A stretch of DNA of 16,837 bases, taken from Bugula neritina (lineage: Eukaryota > Animalia > Bryozoa). The notes under the pieces were generated by a model. The model was given only the letters and a program-made list of their open reading frames with translations, was not told the origin of the DNA and ran no database searches. This document shows, piece by piece, positions 1 through 10,765 of the stretch. Location: assembly GCA_964035545.1 (NCBI GenBank), contig CAXIUT010000170.1, forward strand, positions 1-16,837, read 5' to 3'. Positions within the stretch are counted from its first letter, which is position 1; each line of letters opens with the position of its first letter. A program made the translations under genes and the position numbers.

Positions 1-94
1 CCAACCCCAACCCCAACCCCAACCCCAACCCCAACCCCAACCCCAACCCCAACCCCAACCCCAACCCCAACCCCAACCCCAACCCCAACCCCAA
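1..94. repeat. Left telomere, (CCCCAA)n
   Basis: Uninterrupted CCCCAA hexamers from base 1 to 94. C4A2 is the Tetrahymena-type (oligohymenophorean) ciliate telomere repeat. Confidence 0.99.
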
Positions 95-151
95 ATCTTC
101 AATCATTTTTTATAATTTATAAGATTGATTTAGTAGATCAAAAATTAATAA

Positions 152-862
152 TCATTGGATATAAGTTCTAGCCGTATCTTTTTTCTGGTCTCTTCTTCCT
201 AACTATTTTCTTTTTGTCTAATAATTTTTATTTTCTTCTCCCTTTTCCATTTGGGTTATTTTATTTTGTTGCATTTTTTTTTTTGCTGAAAAAGATCTAT
301 ATTCCTCTACTATTTGATTAATAGACTTTCCAAATTAATCCTCAATTTTTTTATCTCCTTTAATATACATATCTAATTCCTCTTTCAAATCTATAATCTC
401 TTTCTGCTTTTTTTTGATTTCTATCTTAAGAACAAGAACTTATTTTACATAACTTTGTTCTTAAGATAAAATATCATCATGATCTGACAGAGTTGAGATA
501 CCTAAATATCTTAGTTCTGATTTGAATTCTTCTTTTAGCTCATTAGTTTTGAACAAACATTTTTTGATCTATTAATGATTAATTTTTTTTTCTTTTTATT
601 CCAGTTTTTTATCTTTCTTTGCTTGTTTTTCTTTTTCTTTATTTTTTTGTTTACTTATGAATTCGCTATTTTCTACAATATAATTTTTTATTTCAATTTA
701 TAATTTTTGAATTATTTTCAGCATAAGTGAACGCTAGTAATCGAATCGGATAGATTCTTTTTATGCCTGTTGTCTAATCTAAACAAGTTTTTATCGAATA
801 ATAGATAGTTCCTCTTCTTAATTATCAATTAGAGTAAGTTGTTTCTCACTAAATGTAGTCAT
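152..862 (-). CDS. Hypothetical Glu/Lys-rich coiled-coil protein, 236 aa (TAR=Glu)
   Basis: ATG at 862 to TGA at 154-152 with no internal TGA. Reads MTTFSEKQLTLIDNEEEELSIIREKLVEIRQQAEKE...KIEIKKKQKEIIDLKEELD...TARTYIQ. Heptad-like E/K/L/I composition; no family recognised. Confidence 0.75.
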
Positions 863-1095
863 TTATTAAATTATCTTTGTTAAGTTTTGATCCTTTGATT
901 TTATTTATAAAATACGAATTAATATTGAATTAGTAACGAACTCTTAATCAATCATGAATTATAATACAATTTTAAAACATTTTTATTCCCATTCATATTA
1001 AAACAAGGTAGAAAAGTAACTAAAAGTTTTAGTTTTAGTTTAGAGTTCAGCCGAAAAAAAATGATAACACAATAAAAAGAAATAAATCCATACTA

Positions 1096-1353
1096 TCAGA
1101 AGTCGTATTCTTCTAGCTTAAGAAAATCAATATTATCATCCACAACATCTTCAATTAAATTAGAAAAATCATGCAAATAATTATTGTATTGATGATTTTT
1201 CTTTAACTCCTCTTCTTATAACAGTTTTTTGTATTAATTCAGACATTTCTAATATAAATTTCTAGTGCTTATCTAGTAAAAGATATTGTTGACTGTATCT
1301 AGAAAACCATATTTAATTTATTATCTCTTATTCAATGATTGCTAGCTTTCCAT
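1096..1353 (-). CDS. Small hypothetical protein with acidic C-terminus, 85 aa
   Basis: MESEQSLNKREEIKYGFLDTVNNIFYEISTRNLYEKCLNEYKKLLEEEELKKNHQYNNYLHDFSNLIEDVVDDNIDFLKLEEYDF*. It fills the gap between two genes and ends in TGA-T like the others. No homology recognised. Confidence 0.5.
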
Positions 1354-1511
1354 TCGATGATTTCTAATATATTATTAATTATAAACAAACTGTCCTCTGA
1401 AGTACTTCAACAATCAAATATGATTTTCTACATTAATCCCAATCCTCAGATACTCAATATTATCAGAATCAATCAATTAAAAAGCTTTATTCAATCATTT
1501 AAATTAATATA

Positions 1512-2228
1512 TCATTGTTTATTTATTATTTTAAGATAACAATATCCGTCATTGTAATTCCAGTCCTCTAGAAGTTCTTTCAAACTAAGGTTAAGATCTA
1601 TTGCTATGTTATGGCTTAAAACTTATTTTTGAACCAAATCAAGTTCAAATAAATAAAAACAATATTATTTTATCGTCATTTTAAGTCGTTCTTCTTTTCT
1701 TTAGATCAGTTTTCCCTAAATAATTACCTTCAAAGCAATTGCATTTCCTTAGTATTTTGATACTTTATGCAAACAATGGCTAAAACCCTTCAAATGAAGA
1801 TTATAGAGCTCCATTTGAGACTATAAATTCAGTTTTTTGAAAACATGATCGCACCCTCCTTCCCGATTAATAATAGTATACCCTTTTTTCCAGCTTATCA
1901 TCATCAATCTAAATCCTTACGGATATATCAGTTCACTATGTTCTACCTCGACCTATCCATAATTGTCCACAAATAGCCCGATTGGTAAATCTAATGGCAA
2001 ATACTCTCCTTTATACTTCAATCTTATTTTTCCAGACGAACAGCCTTCTGGAAAATATATACGGAAATGTGCAAATAGAGTGGGTAAGTAGAGTGCAGGA
2101 TAATGAAAATGATAGAGAGAAAGAGGAAGTACTTAAGGACGATAGAGCTAGTCGAGTTATTAATAGAGAGATGGAGTTATTTGGAAGTAGCAAAGTAATT
2201 TACTTCTTCTCAAAATTTAATCACTCAT
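1512..2228 (-). CDS. ATG5: Autophagy protein 5 homologue (divergent), 238 aa
   Basis: KIRLKYKGEYLPLDLPIGLFVD resembles ATG5 [34 protein letters not shown] resembles the helix carrying the ATG12-acceptor Lys. The C-terminal VLSHNIAIDLNLSLKELLEDWNYNDGYCYLKI resembles [32 protein letters not shown]. The frame is continuous from ATG to TGA. Confidence 0.75.
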
Positions 2229-2296
2229 ATTAATAGTTTATAATAAGCTTTATATATTCAAGATCGACATAATCCAATACCTTTAGATCGATATAA

Positions 2297-3979
2297 TCAG
2301 ATACCATACCGCATTCTGAGTTCAGGATCTATTATTTGTTTTCTTCTTTTCCTTTTAGGAGGTTCTTTCTTTATTTCTTCAACTTCTTCTGACTCTTTTT
2401 TCTCTCCCTTCCCCAAAGAACTATTCCCTCCATCTTTTGTCACAGACTAACGGTTGTCATCATTTCCATCTCCATTTATTCCATTCACAAAATTTAGATT
2501 TTCATTCTTATAGTCATTATTTTCAGACTCCTAAGAAGAACTTTCACTTTCCTTTTTCTTCATCCATTTATTCTGAGTAACATTTTATATCACCAAGGCT
2601 GTATCTTGTTTTGGTTCATTCTAAATATTCTAAAGAGTATCTTACTGTTTAATAGCTTCCACATTCTTTTACTAAAGATTGTTTTGGACAGTATTCTCAC
2701 TGCTAAAATATTTTTATTTGATTGATAACGGTAGTTCCACTGCAAAAAAAATTAACAAATTAACAGAAAAAGTGAAAACACAAGCTATGGCAGCTGCTCG
2801 ACTAGATGCATAGTTGTCCTGGTTTATCTAAACCAAATAGTACATTATTAGAAGTACAACAGTCAATGCCTAGGCTACTTTATAGACTGCTAACCTACTG
2901 AATTCTTTATAAAGCCCATTGATATAGTCAAATATGAACTAAACAACCAAGAAGACAAAGGCAAAGATAAAGAAGAGATATTGATACTTTAGAGGAACAA
3001 CTATCATAACTGGTAAGATAATCTTTTTAGCAAAGTTAATATACATCACTTTTTTAGTTTTGAAGTATTAAATTCTGTAATAATAAGAGTAGGACATCAC
3101 AAACACAAGAATATGTAGGTATATTACACTTAAAGCAACAACACCTACATTGACAGGACTAACGAAAACCAGACTTACCAACAGGACCAAACAAGTCTCT
3201 TGTACCATCAAAAATAAAAAGCATAACAAAAATTTAGCCATGGTTATAAGTACATCTTCACTAAATGTTTTCCAACAAGAACAACTCTCGTCAGTTTCTT
3301 CTCCATCTCTCTCTCCCGAATCCCGTCTCGATTGAGAAGATTTGTTAGACACACCTTCAAATATCACATCTTCTTTTTTCTTTTATTCCACTCTCTTCGA
3401 GCGACGAAGAGTAATACAAGAAATAATAATTAATAAAATCAAAGGAATAAGAGTAAAAGCAGCCAAAAGAGCCAGATTTTAACCAATAGAGGTAGTTTGA
3501 AGATATTTATGAAGTCTGTAGTTTTTACTTGCCACCATTACATAGTCCTAGGTTTTGTAACTATAACCAACCACATTGAATATCATTAGGTATTGAAATC
3601 CTTGTAGAACGTATCCTATTGGATTAACCCAAGCAATCTCCACTAAGTTGTATAATCCATATGTTTGGAAAGTTAGCAAAAGGTAGAAAGATTACTTTGT
3701 ACGAAAAAACAGACACACTGATATCAAAAGCAGAAAGATTATTATTCCTAAAGCATTTGCTTCTGGAGCAAAAGTTTATACACAAGTGCCGGAAGGGTAA
3801 ACACTAGACCAATATTAGGAAGGCATGACTGTGGGATCTTCCACTGTTTCTATCAGAGATCCAACCGGACAAGTCAGACAACTCACGTACTATGAACCAG
3901 TGCAAGTAGCGCAGGAATAGTGACAGTTAGAACTATTCGAAATGGTGAACAACAAGGAAAGGAGGTATATAATGATCAT
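2297..3979 (-). CDS. Multi-pass membrane protein with signal peptide and one furin-like Cys-rich repeat, 560 aa
   Basis: MIIIYLLSLLFTISNS (signal peptide), then CHYSCATCTGSEYVSCLTC, then roughly 8-9 hydrophobic segments and a charged low-complexity tail ending ...KRKRRKQIIDPELRMRYGI*. Contains track ORF 3068..3367 in frame; no internal TGA. Confidence 0.85.
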
Positions 3980-4099
3980 TTTATTATTAATAGAGTTGAA
4001 TACAAAAGATTATCTTCAATTAACTATGAATCAATAAATAAACCTGATAGTTTTAAATTGATCTGTATTTTTGATATATTAAATATAAATCAAATCCTG

Positions 4100-5194
4100 A
4101 TGATGAAAATTTGTCCCTGTCTCAGAGACTTATGCCAGTTTGGCAGAAGAAAATAACTAAAAGAGAAAAGTAGATAAGCTGAAGAAGAGGAACTCATCAA
4201 TCAGATCAACTAGTAAACCGCCCTTGCAGACATCATCCCACAATCATCAACTCGTCATAAAACAACCAAGGATCATTCCAATTAAAAAATCAAAATCCCA
4301 GACTATTTCTAAAAAGAAGAGCCTCAATTATCCAGTGAATAAAGTGATTTGCTTAACGTTAAGATGTAGCTTTCTCCTCAGAACTAAAAGAAATAAATAA
4401 ATAAAAACAATTAAGAAAGAGATATTGAAGATCTCATTCGAGAATAGTTGAAGCTAACACCTCCAAAAGCAATTCAAAAAGAATATTAGTAGTAACCTTA
4501 ACTAAAGATAAAGGAATAATCTTTTTAAGTGATGTTCTAATAGATAAACCAACATACTTTTACAATAAATTTGGATCCTCTTGACCCTTTCTATTCGATT
4601 GTCCACTAAAAAACTAACAAAATAACAGAACATTTTTCCAAGAAAGGACCTTTAATCGATATTGTAGGTTAAAATAAAGCTAGTTTTGAAATAATGAATC
4701 TATCAAGCAACAGACTAACAACATTTTTAATAAAGTACAAGTTAAAATGCAGTTTTTCATAATATTTTACATTATGCAAAAACTAAAAGATCCATTTGTC
4801 CTTTAGCAACACGATCAGTGATATAAAAGTTATTTAGACATTCAAACCTAACCTTACAAAAAACACCATTAAATTCAAACGACTAGGAAGCTTCGAATCT
4901 AGAGACTGTTTTTATATCAAATATCAAAACAGTTCAAAACAGTAACATTGGGAAATCTATATCAATGATGATAAAGCCTAAAGTAGTCCTTCTTTCAAAA
5001 CCTGTGAGTTATTCTGCATCAAAAACATCAGATAACTACAAGCAAGAAAACTATCTATTACTTAATATCTATAGATAGACCTACAGTCAAGTAACATCAA
5101 CAACATGATACCTAAATTAGCCAATTAGTACAAAAACTATCTCAATAGTATGCAAACACATATAGAAAACAACTATCTCCAGGAAACTGCCTGA
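4100..5194 (+). CDS. Putative START/Bet v1-like lipid-binding domain protein with acidic N-terminal region, 364 aa
   Basis: Open frame from ATG 4100 (or 4103) to TGA 5192-5194. The N-terminus MMKICPCLRDLC is followed by a Glu-rich region. The C-terminal ~200 aa contain IKFKRLGSFESRDCFYIKY (START 'xxRD' strand), ITEYLEIDLQS and a terminal amphipathic helix. The CDS is well supported; the domain call is tentative. Confidence 0.6.
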
Positions 5195-5264
5195 TCATTA
5201 TTTATGTCATCAATTAAACTTTAACTTTATTTGTCAAAGTTTAAATATTATCTACAATTTGAAA

Positions 5265-7259
5265 ATGAATAAAATATTACAAATAGTAGAAAGATTTCTT
5301 CGAAAATATCCTTCAACTACCAATATACAACCTCTAAATAACTTCCTCAAACTATAATACCTTTATTCATCTCCTTATACAAACTCGAAACATAAAAAAA
5401 ATATTATCTTTCCCATTAAAAATATCTTGCAAGGCTAAATTCAATAAAATCTATCAAAAAGCCTCATTTATTCCTCGAAAGGAAGAATAGAAGAATCAGA
5501 ATCATTCGATTCTATCTTAATCAATAACAAACACTAAAAAATAATTCAAGACGATTGTTTTGGTAAACCGCATCACACTCTTGACCACTCTCTATGGATT
5601 TATATCGCATAAATTAAGTAAGAATCAGTAAAAAGTTACTTTAATTTTGGAAAAGGAAAGTTAAAATATGTTTTTGATTTCGGGTAGGGATACGAAGGAA
5701 TCAAACAAGTTGGAATATTTATATGGCATAAAAAAAATAAACAAATTTATCAAGTGTAAATTGATAAAAATATTATTCCAGCTCATGTTAGTTTTGCCAA
5801 CTCTTAGGGATCAGAAATTATATTCCATGGATATTAAAGAAAACACTTTGGATCAGGCATCTTACACTGTCTCAACAGAAAAGTCAATCTTTATCATGCT
5901 CAACTAACATTTACTAAAAATCTCTTTAAAGACTAATAACAGATCAAATAGGAACAAAAGTAAGTCAATATATGTAGAAGCTAAGTCACTGATATCTTTG
6001 ATGACAAAAACTAAACAAAAATGTTTCCAAGAGTATCTCCATGCTATAACTATCTGGTCTACCTCAGCGGAACAGATATCATACACACATTCTACCTTGA
6101 TCTAGTCATAGCTAAAAAAGTTAATAAAAAATGGATCTAAACTTATAGGCTCAAAGAAAAGGTTGTAGGATTTTACGATTCCCTGACAAACTATCTTGTT
6201 AAATAAAAAAATTCTATCTACAATATCTTCCAGACATACTAAAACTCAACCAATCAAATTTATAAAATAAACATTTAAACTCATTAAATCATCAACCTTA
6301 CTAAGACATTCCATCATTCTAATTTCACTATTACCGATGTCAAACCAACCGGACTTATCACAGGAACCATTTCCACCTATAACTACAATACCTTTTTCTA
6401 CAGTTAATAAAATCAACTCATCCCGATCGACCCTCTCAGTAAATAATCCTTTTCAGTTCAAGAATATAAAACACCCATACCAGCAGTTCTCCTTACTGAA
6501 AAACATGAAAATATAGATGAAGAATTCAGAGAGAGATCAAAGAATAGACCAATGATCGTTATATTTCATGGTGGCCCTCATGCTACTTACATACCCATGT
6601 TAACAAGTCTCAGATATACTCTTCTAAAAATGGGATATGCTATTCTCCTACCTAACATTCCAGGATCAACCAGCTATGGACCAGAATACCTCAAAAAATA
6701 ACTCAAAGGAATAGGAGAAAAAGATGTCAAGCCGTTTCTCGAACTCTTAGATACTATCCTCGACTAGGAATGGACTATCAATAAGGAAAGAGTTCATGTG
6801 CTTGGAGGAAGTTATGGAGGGTATCTTGCCGCATTACTAGGCTCAAGATATTCTTAATACTTCAAATCAGTCATTATTATGAATGGAGTTCTCAACAATG
6901 CCGCTATGATGTGGTTTACTGATATTCCAGAATGGATTACAGCTGAAACTCTGGGTCATTCTCAACTACACTCCCTTTCCTAATAAGATTATACCTAAAT
7001 GTGGAAGCAATCAGCTTCTATGAAGCCTATGAAAGTCCCAAGTTTACAATTTTTGGGAGGTAAAGATCTAAGAGTTCCTTACAGACAAGGCTTGTTTTTT
7101 GATGCTATAACGAAAGAATATGGTACACCTATTACCACTCATGTTTACTAATAAAGTAGTCATAGTTTGTAAGATTCTGTTGAAACATCAATAGACATTT
7201 TGGTAAAATCAGTTGCCTTTTTATAAGAAATTAAGGAGGAGTAGTTAAAAATTAAATGA
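5265..7259 (+). CDS. APEH: Acylaminoacyl peptidase (APEH-like, peptidase S9C), paralogue 1, 664 aa
   Basis: N-terminal WIYIAE and DFGE motifs, FHGGPH oxyanion segment, nucleophile GGSYGG at ~6804-6821, catalytic Asp in GGKDLRVP and His in ESSHSL. Length is a multiple of 3 and the motifs share one frame. Confidence 0.92.
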
Positions 7260-7361
7260 TATTTCAACTTGATTATATAAAAATAATGATAATTTGATTT
7301 GTTTACTCAATAAAACAACAATTACAATAGTTAGACTTGATTAAAATAAATATCTGTCACA

Positions 7362-8573
7362 ATGCAAAAGGAAGATAATGATTACTATACCCCTCCAAAA
7401 ACAGCTAAAATGTTCATCAACACCATCCAAAACGCCTTCCATAAAAAATAAGGAGACAAAATAGCAAAAGAACTCAAAGATCTCTATTTCACTCCTCTAT
7501 ATCATAATGTACCTGAAAAAAACTGGCATCTTACAATAAATACTCAATCATTCAACGATGCATAACCATCTATTGGATCTGCCTTTGCTAAGTTATTAGA
7601 ACTAGTAAGAGACTATTCGATCGAAAGGGCGGGAAGCCGATGGTCTGAATGTTTTTAAAAGCATATGCAGACCTTGATAGTTGTTCTGAGGGTGTTGTAA
7701 GAGATGAAAGATGTGAAATTTTGGGTTGTGAAGGGGTTATTAGTAGTGTTAAGAGCAACAAAAAAGATATTTTTGACATGTTTGCAAAGAATAAACAATA
7801 GCACAATGGCAGCTCGACTAAAAAACTCTCTCTTCAACACTCTTCAACGTTTTAAAACAGCTAAAGCTTTATAATAAATTTTAAAAAGGTAGTTTCTTTC
7901 ATTGGTTGATGTGATGCAAGTGTCTATTCTTCTTTTCTTTCACAACTACGAACAAATCCAAAGAATTCTCTACTCTTCAAAAATTTATGGATAAATAAGT
8001 GATCGATATATAGATAACTTTTTATTTCAAAAAGGTAAATACGCTCTTATAAATGAGAAGTTTTCATAAGCTGAAAGTAGTTTTATGAAAATAAGACTAA
8101 AAACCCAAGGACAGAAAAGACTAGTCATGAGATATCTCATTCCTTGTAGAATATTTCTTGGAAAACTATATTAATCAAAAAACAAATAATAGTTTACTTA
8201 ATACTAAGAATTAATATCAGCAATAAAGACAGCAAATTTCAAACTATATGATTAAATAACTAAAAGATATCAAAAACTATGGCTCAAAAGAGGCATCTAT
8301 CTGCTAATGGATAGAGTAAAAATCATCCTTTGGCGAACTCTTATCAAACAACTCTTCCATGCTGTTGGAACCAAAATAGATCTATAAATAGTAGAACGAG
8401 TTGTAAATTTACGAGGAGGAAACGAAGAAATCAATGAGTGTATCTGCATTGTAGCCAATCTCATTTATTAGGGATACATTAAAGGATATATATTCCAGAA
8501 TGAAAGCAAGAGGACTTTGGTATTGAAAAGCAGTGGAAACCCTTTTCCTAAGCTTTAGGTGATTGCAAAGTGA
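7362..8573 (+). CDS. PCID2: PCI-domain protein PCID2/Thp1/Csn12-like (TREX-2 type), 403 aa
   Basis: QKRLVMRYLIPCRIFLGK, WLKRGIYLLMDRVKIILWRTL and C-terminal ECICIVANLIYEGYIKGYI...LVLKSSGNPFP match the PCID2 family winged-helix C-terminus. Confidence 0.85.
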
Positions 8574-8606
8574 TTAATTAAATAAGATAATATATCAACA
8601 ATTATA

Positions 8607-10747
8607 ATGTCTGCCAGTGAAGGGGATAAGTTGGACCAGGTAGAAAGCTTGGTTCATACCATCCTGGCTCTTCCCAACTGTCAACAAACAGAAGTCTAAA
8701 GACATATCGCAGGTATTCTCCTCGAATAGTCACCCATCAACTCTGCCTAGCTCTCATAAATGATCCAAGACTTCCTCACTCTCTTCAGACTAGAACGCAC
8801 ATAATCTAACAAACGATGTTAAAACCTATTTACGACAATGAAGCAAGCTAAACTACTAAGTGAAGATAATAAATTTAGTCTATCAGCAGATAAACTGGAC
8901 AAAGCTGTGGTGTTAGAAGAAGTATTATCGATGGATGAAGCCAGACAGCCTCTATTTGCCAAGAAGCCAACAGCTGGCAACAGCAATACCTAGATGTCTA
9001 AATGGAAGAAGAAAGAGAAAGGAAAAGATAAAAACCAACATAAAGCTTTAGCCAGTTTTCAAAAGCATATGGTTGAAATAGAACAAAGAAAAAAGTAACT
9101 ACCACCTGTGCAAATAAGAAGATAAATGATGGGACTCAGTAGAAATAACGATCTTATTCTTGATAACATTAGTTTAACTATTGCAGGTAAAACTCTTCTA
9201 GAAGCAACAAATCTAAAAATAGCCTATGGTCGTAAATATGGTTTAGTTGGCCGTAATGGTATCGGTAAAACTTGTCTTATGAACTCCCTGGCTAGAGGAT
9301 AATTTCCTAAAATGCCCAAGCATCTACAAATTCTATTAGTTGAACAATAGCTTAGAGATACTTCAAAGTCAGTCATGCAAACAGTCCTAGAAACAGATAT
9401 AGAAAGAGAGTAACTCCTCAGTTAACAAGAACAACTCTCTAATGAAGAATCTAACTCAAGTTCTGTGACAAATAGGCTCAATCAAATCTACAAAAGATTA
9501 GATTAAATTGATGCAAACAAAGCTTAGTCAAAAGCTGCAACCATCTTGGGTGGTTTAGGATTCACCGTCAGCATGCTTCAAAAACCCGTAGGATCGCTTT
9601 CAGGAGGATGGAGAATGAGAGTTGCTCTTGCCCGTGCCCTCTTTGTCTAACCTGAAGTTCTTCTATTGGATGAACCCACCAATCATTTAGATTTAGATGC
9701 TGTCATGTGGCTCTAAGATTACATCTGTAACTGTAAAAGCACAGTAGTTATAGTTTCTCATGCTAGATAATTTTTAAATGTAACTTGTAATGAAATCATT
9801 CACTTTTTCAACTAAAAATTGCACTACTATAGAGGTAACTACGACACATTTTAAAAATTGAGGATATAGAATAGAGAAAGAAATAAAAAGTCTCTTGATA
9901 ACCAACAAATGAAACTAGAACATATGCAAGCCTTTATCGATAAATTCAGGTACAATCCTCTCTACTCAGATTTAATGCTAAACGAGCCTCTCTGGTCCAA
10001 TCCAGAATCAAAGCTATCAATAAAATGGAGATGGTGGAGTAGATCATAGAAGATCCCAGCTGTGTTTTCATCTTTCCTAGTCCAGATAAACTCAGGCCTC
10101 CTCTCCTCAAAATAGAAGACGGATACTTTGCCTATTCATAGCAATAGAATATTTTGAGAAACATCAACTTCGCAATAGACATGGAAAGTAGAATCGCTAT
10201 AGTAGGAGCCAATGGAGTCGGTAAAAGTACCCTTCTTAAGCTGCTTGTAGGATCACTTGAACTTTCAAGTGGAAATTCTTACAGAAATTCAAGACTAGGA
10301 CTTTCCATGTTTACACAACACCACGTTGACCAGCTAAAACTTCATCTATCTCCTCTCGAACAGTTTATTTAAGACTTCCCCAACGGAACACAAGAAGTTT
10401 ACAGGTCTCATCTTGGATCTTTTGGTGTTACTGGCACTCTTGCTCTCAGACCTAACTATCTCCTCTCTGGAGGACAAAAATCAAGAGTAGCTTTCGCCCT
10501 GGCAATGTGGAAAAACCCTCATATATTAGTACTGGATGAGCCTACTAATCACTTAGATATTGATGCAGTCAATGCTCTCATTATAGCTTTAAACAACTAC
10601 CAAGGAGGAGTTATTATCGTTTCTCATGATCAGCATCTTATTTCTACGGTCTGTGAATAAATCTGGTACATCAAAGAGACAAGAGTTAGAAAATTTGTTG
10701 GAGATTTCTAGGATTACAGGAGACAATTAGCTCAAGGAAAACTTTGA
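8607..10747 (+). CDS. ABCF3: ABC-F family ATPase ABCF3/GCN20, 706 aa; join(8607..9949,9970..10747)
   Basis: Two ABC domains and no TM segments: [43 protein letters not shown]; then [34 protein letters not shown]. The linker [24 protein letters not shown] is restored by removing a 20-nt intron. Confidence 0.95.
9950..9969 (+). other. 20-nt spliceosomal intron (GT...AG) in ABCF3
   Basis: GTACAATCCTCTCTACTCAG. Its removal repairs the frame shift between DKFR and (F)[11 protein letters not shown], giving a spliced CDS of 2121 nt (707 codons). Confidence 0.88.
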
Positions 10748-10765
10748 TTTGTATAACATAAAGCA

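Noticed and set aside
95-151. Known chromosome-breakage signals (Tetrahymena 15-bp Cbs, Euplotes TTGAA motif)
   Set aside because: No Cbs match was seen, and it is normally removed on breakage. TTCAA at 98-102 is not at the Euplotes spacing and has no counterpart at the right end. The telomere type and genetic code also exclude Euplotes.
1018-1040. AACTAAAA/TTTTAGTT inverted repeat in the intergenic region
   Set aside because: An 8-bp AT-rich stem is expected by chance, and no recognisable tRNA, snRNA or snoRNA features were seen.
1894-1920. Possible 27-nt GT-AG intron in ATG5 (GTAAGG...GATAAG on the minus strand)
   Set aside because: Not needed: the frame is open through it and it encodes the helix leading to the acceptor Lys. 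It cannot be fully excluded without RNA data.
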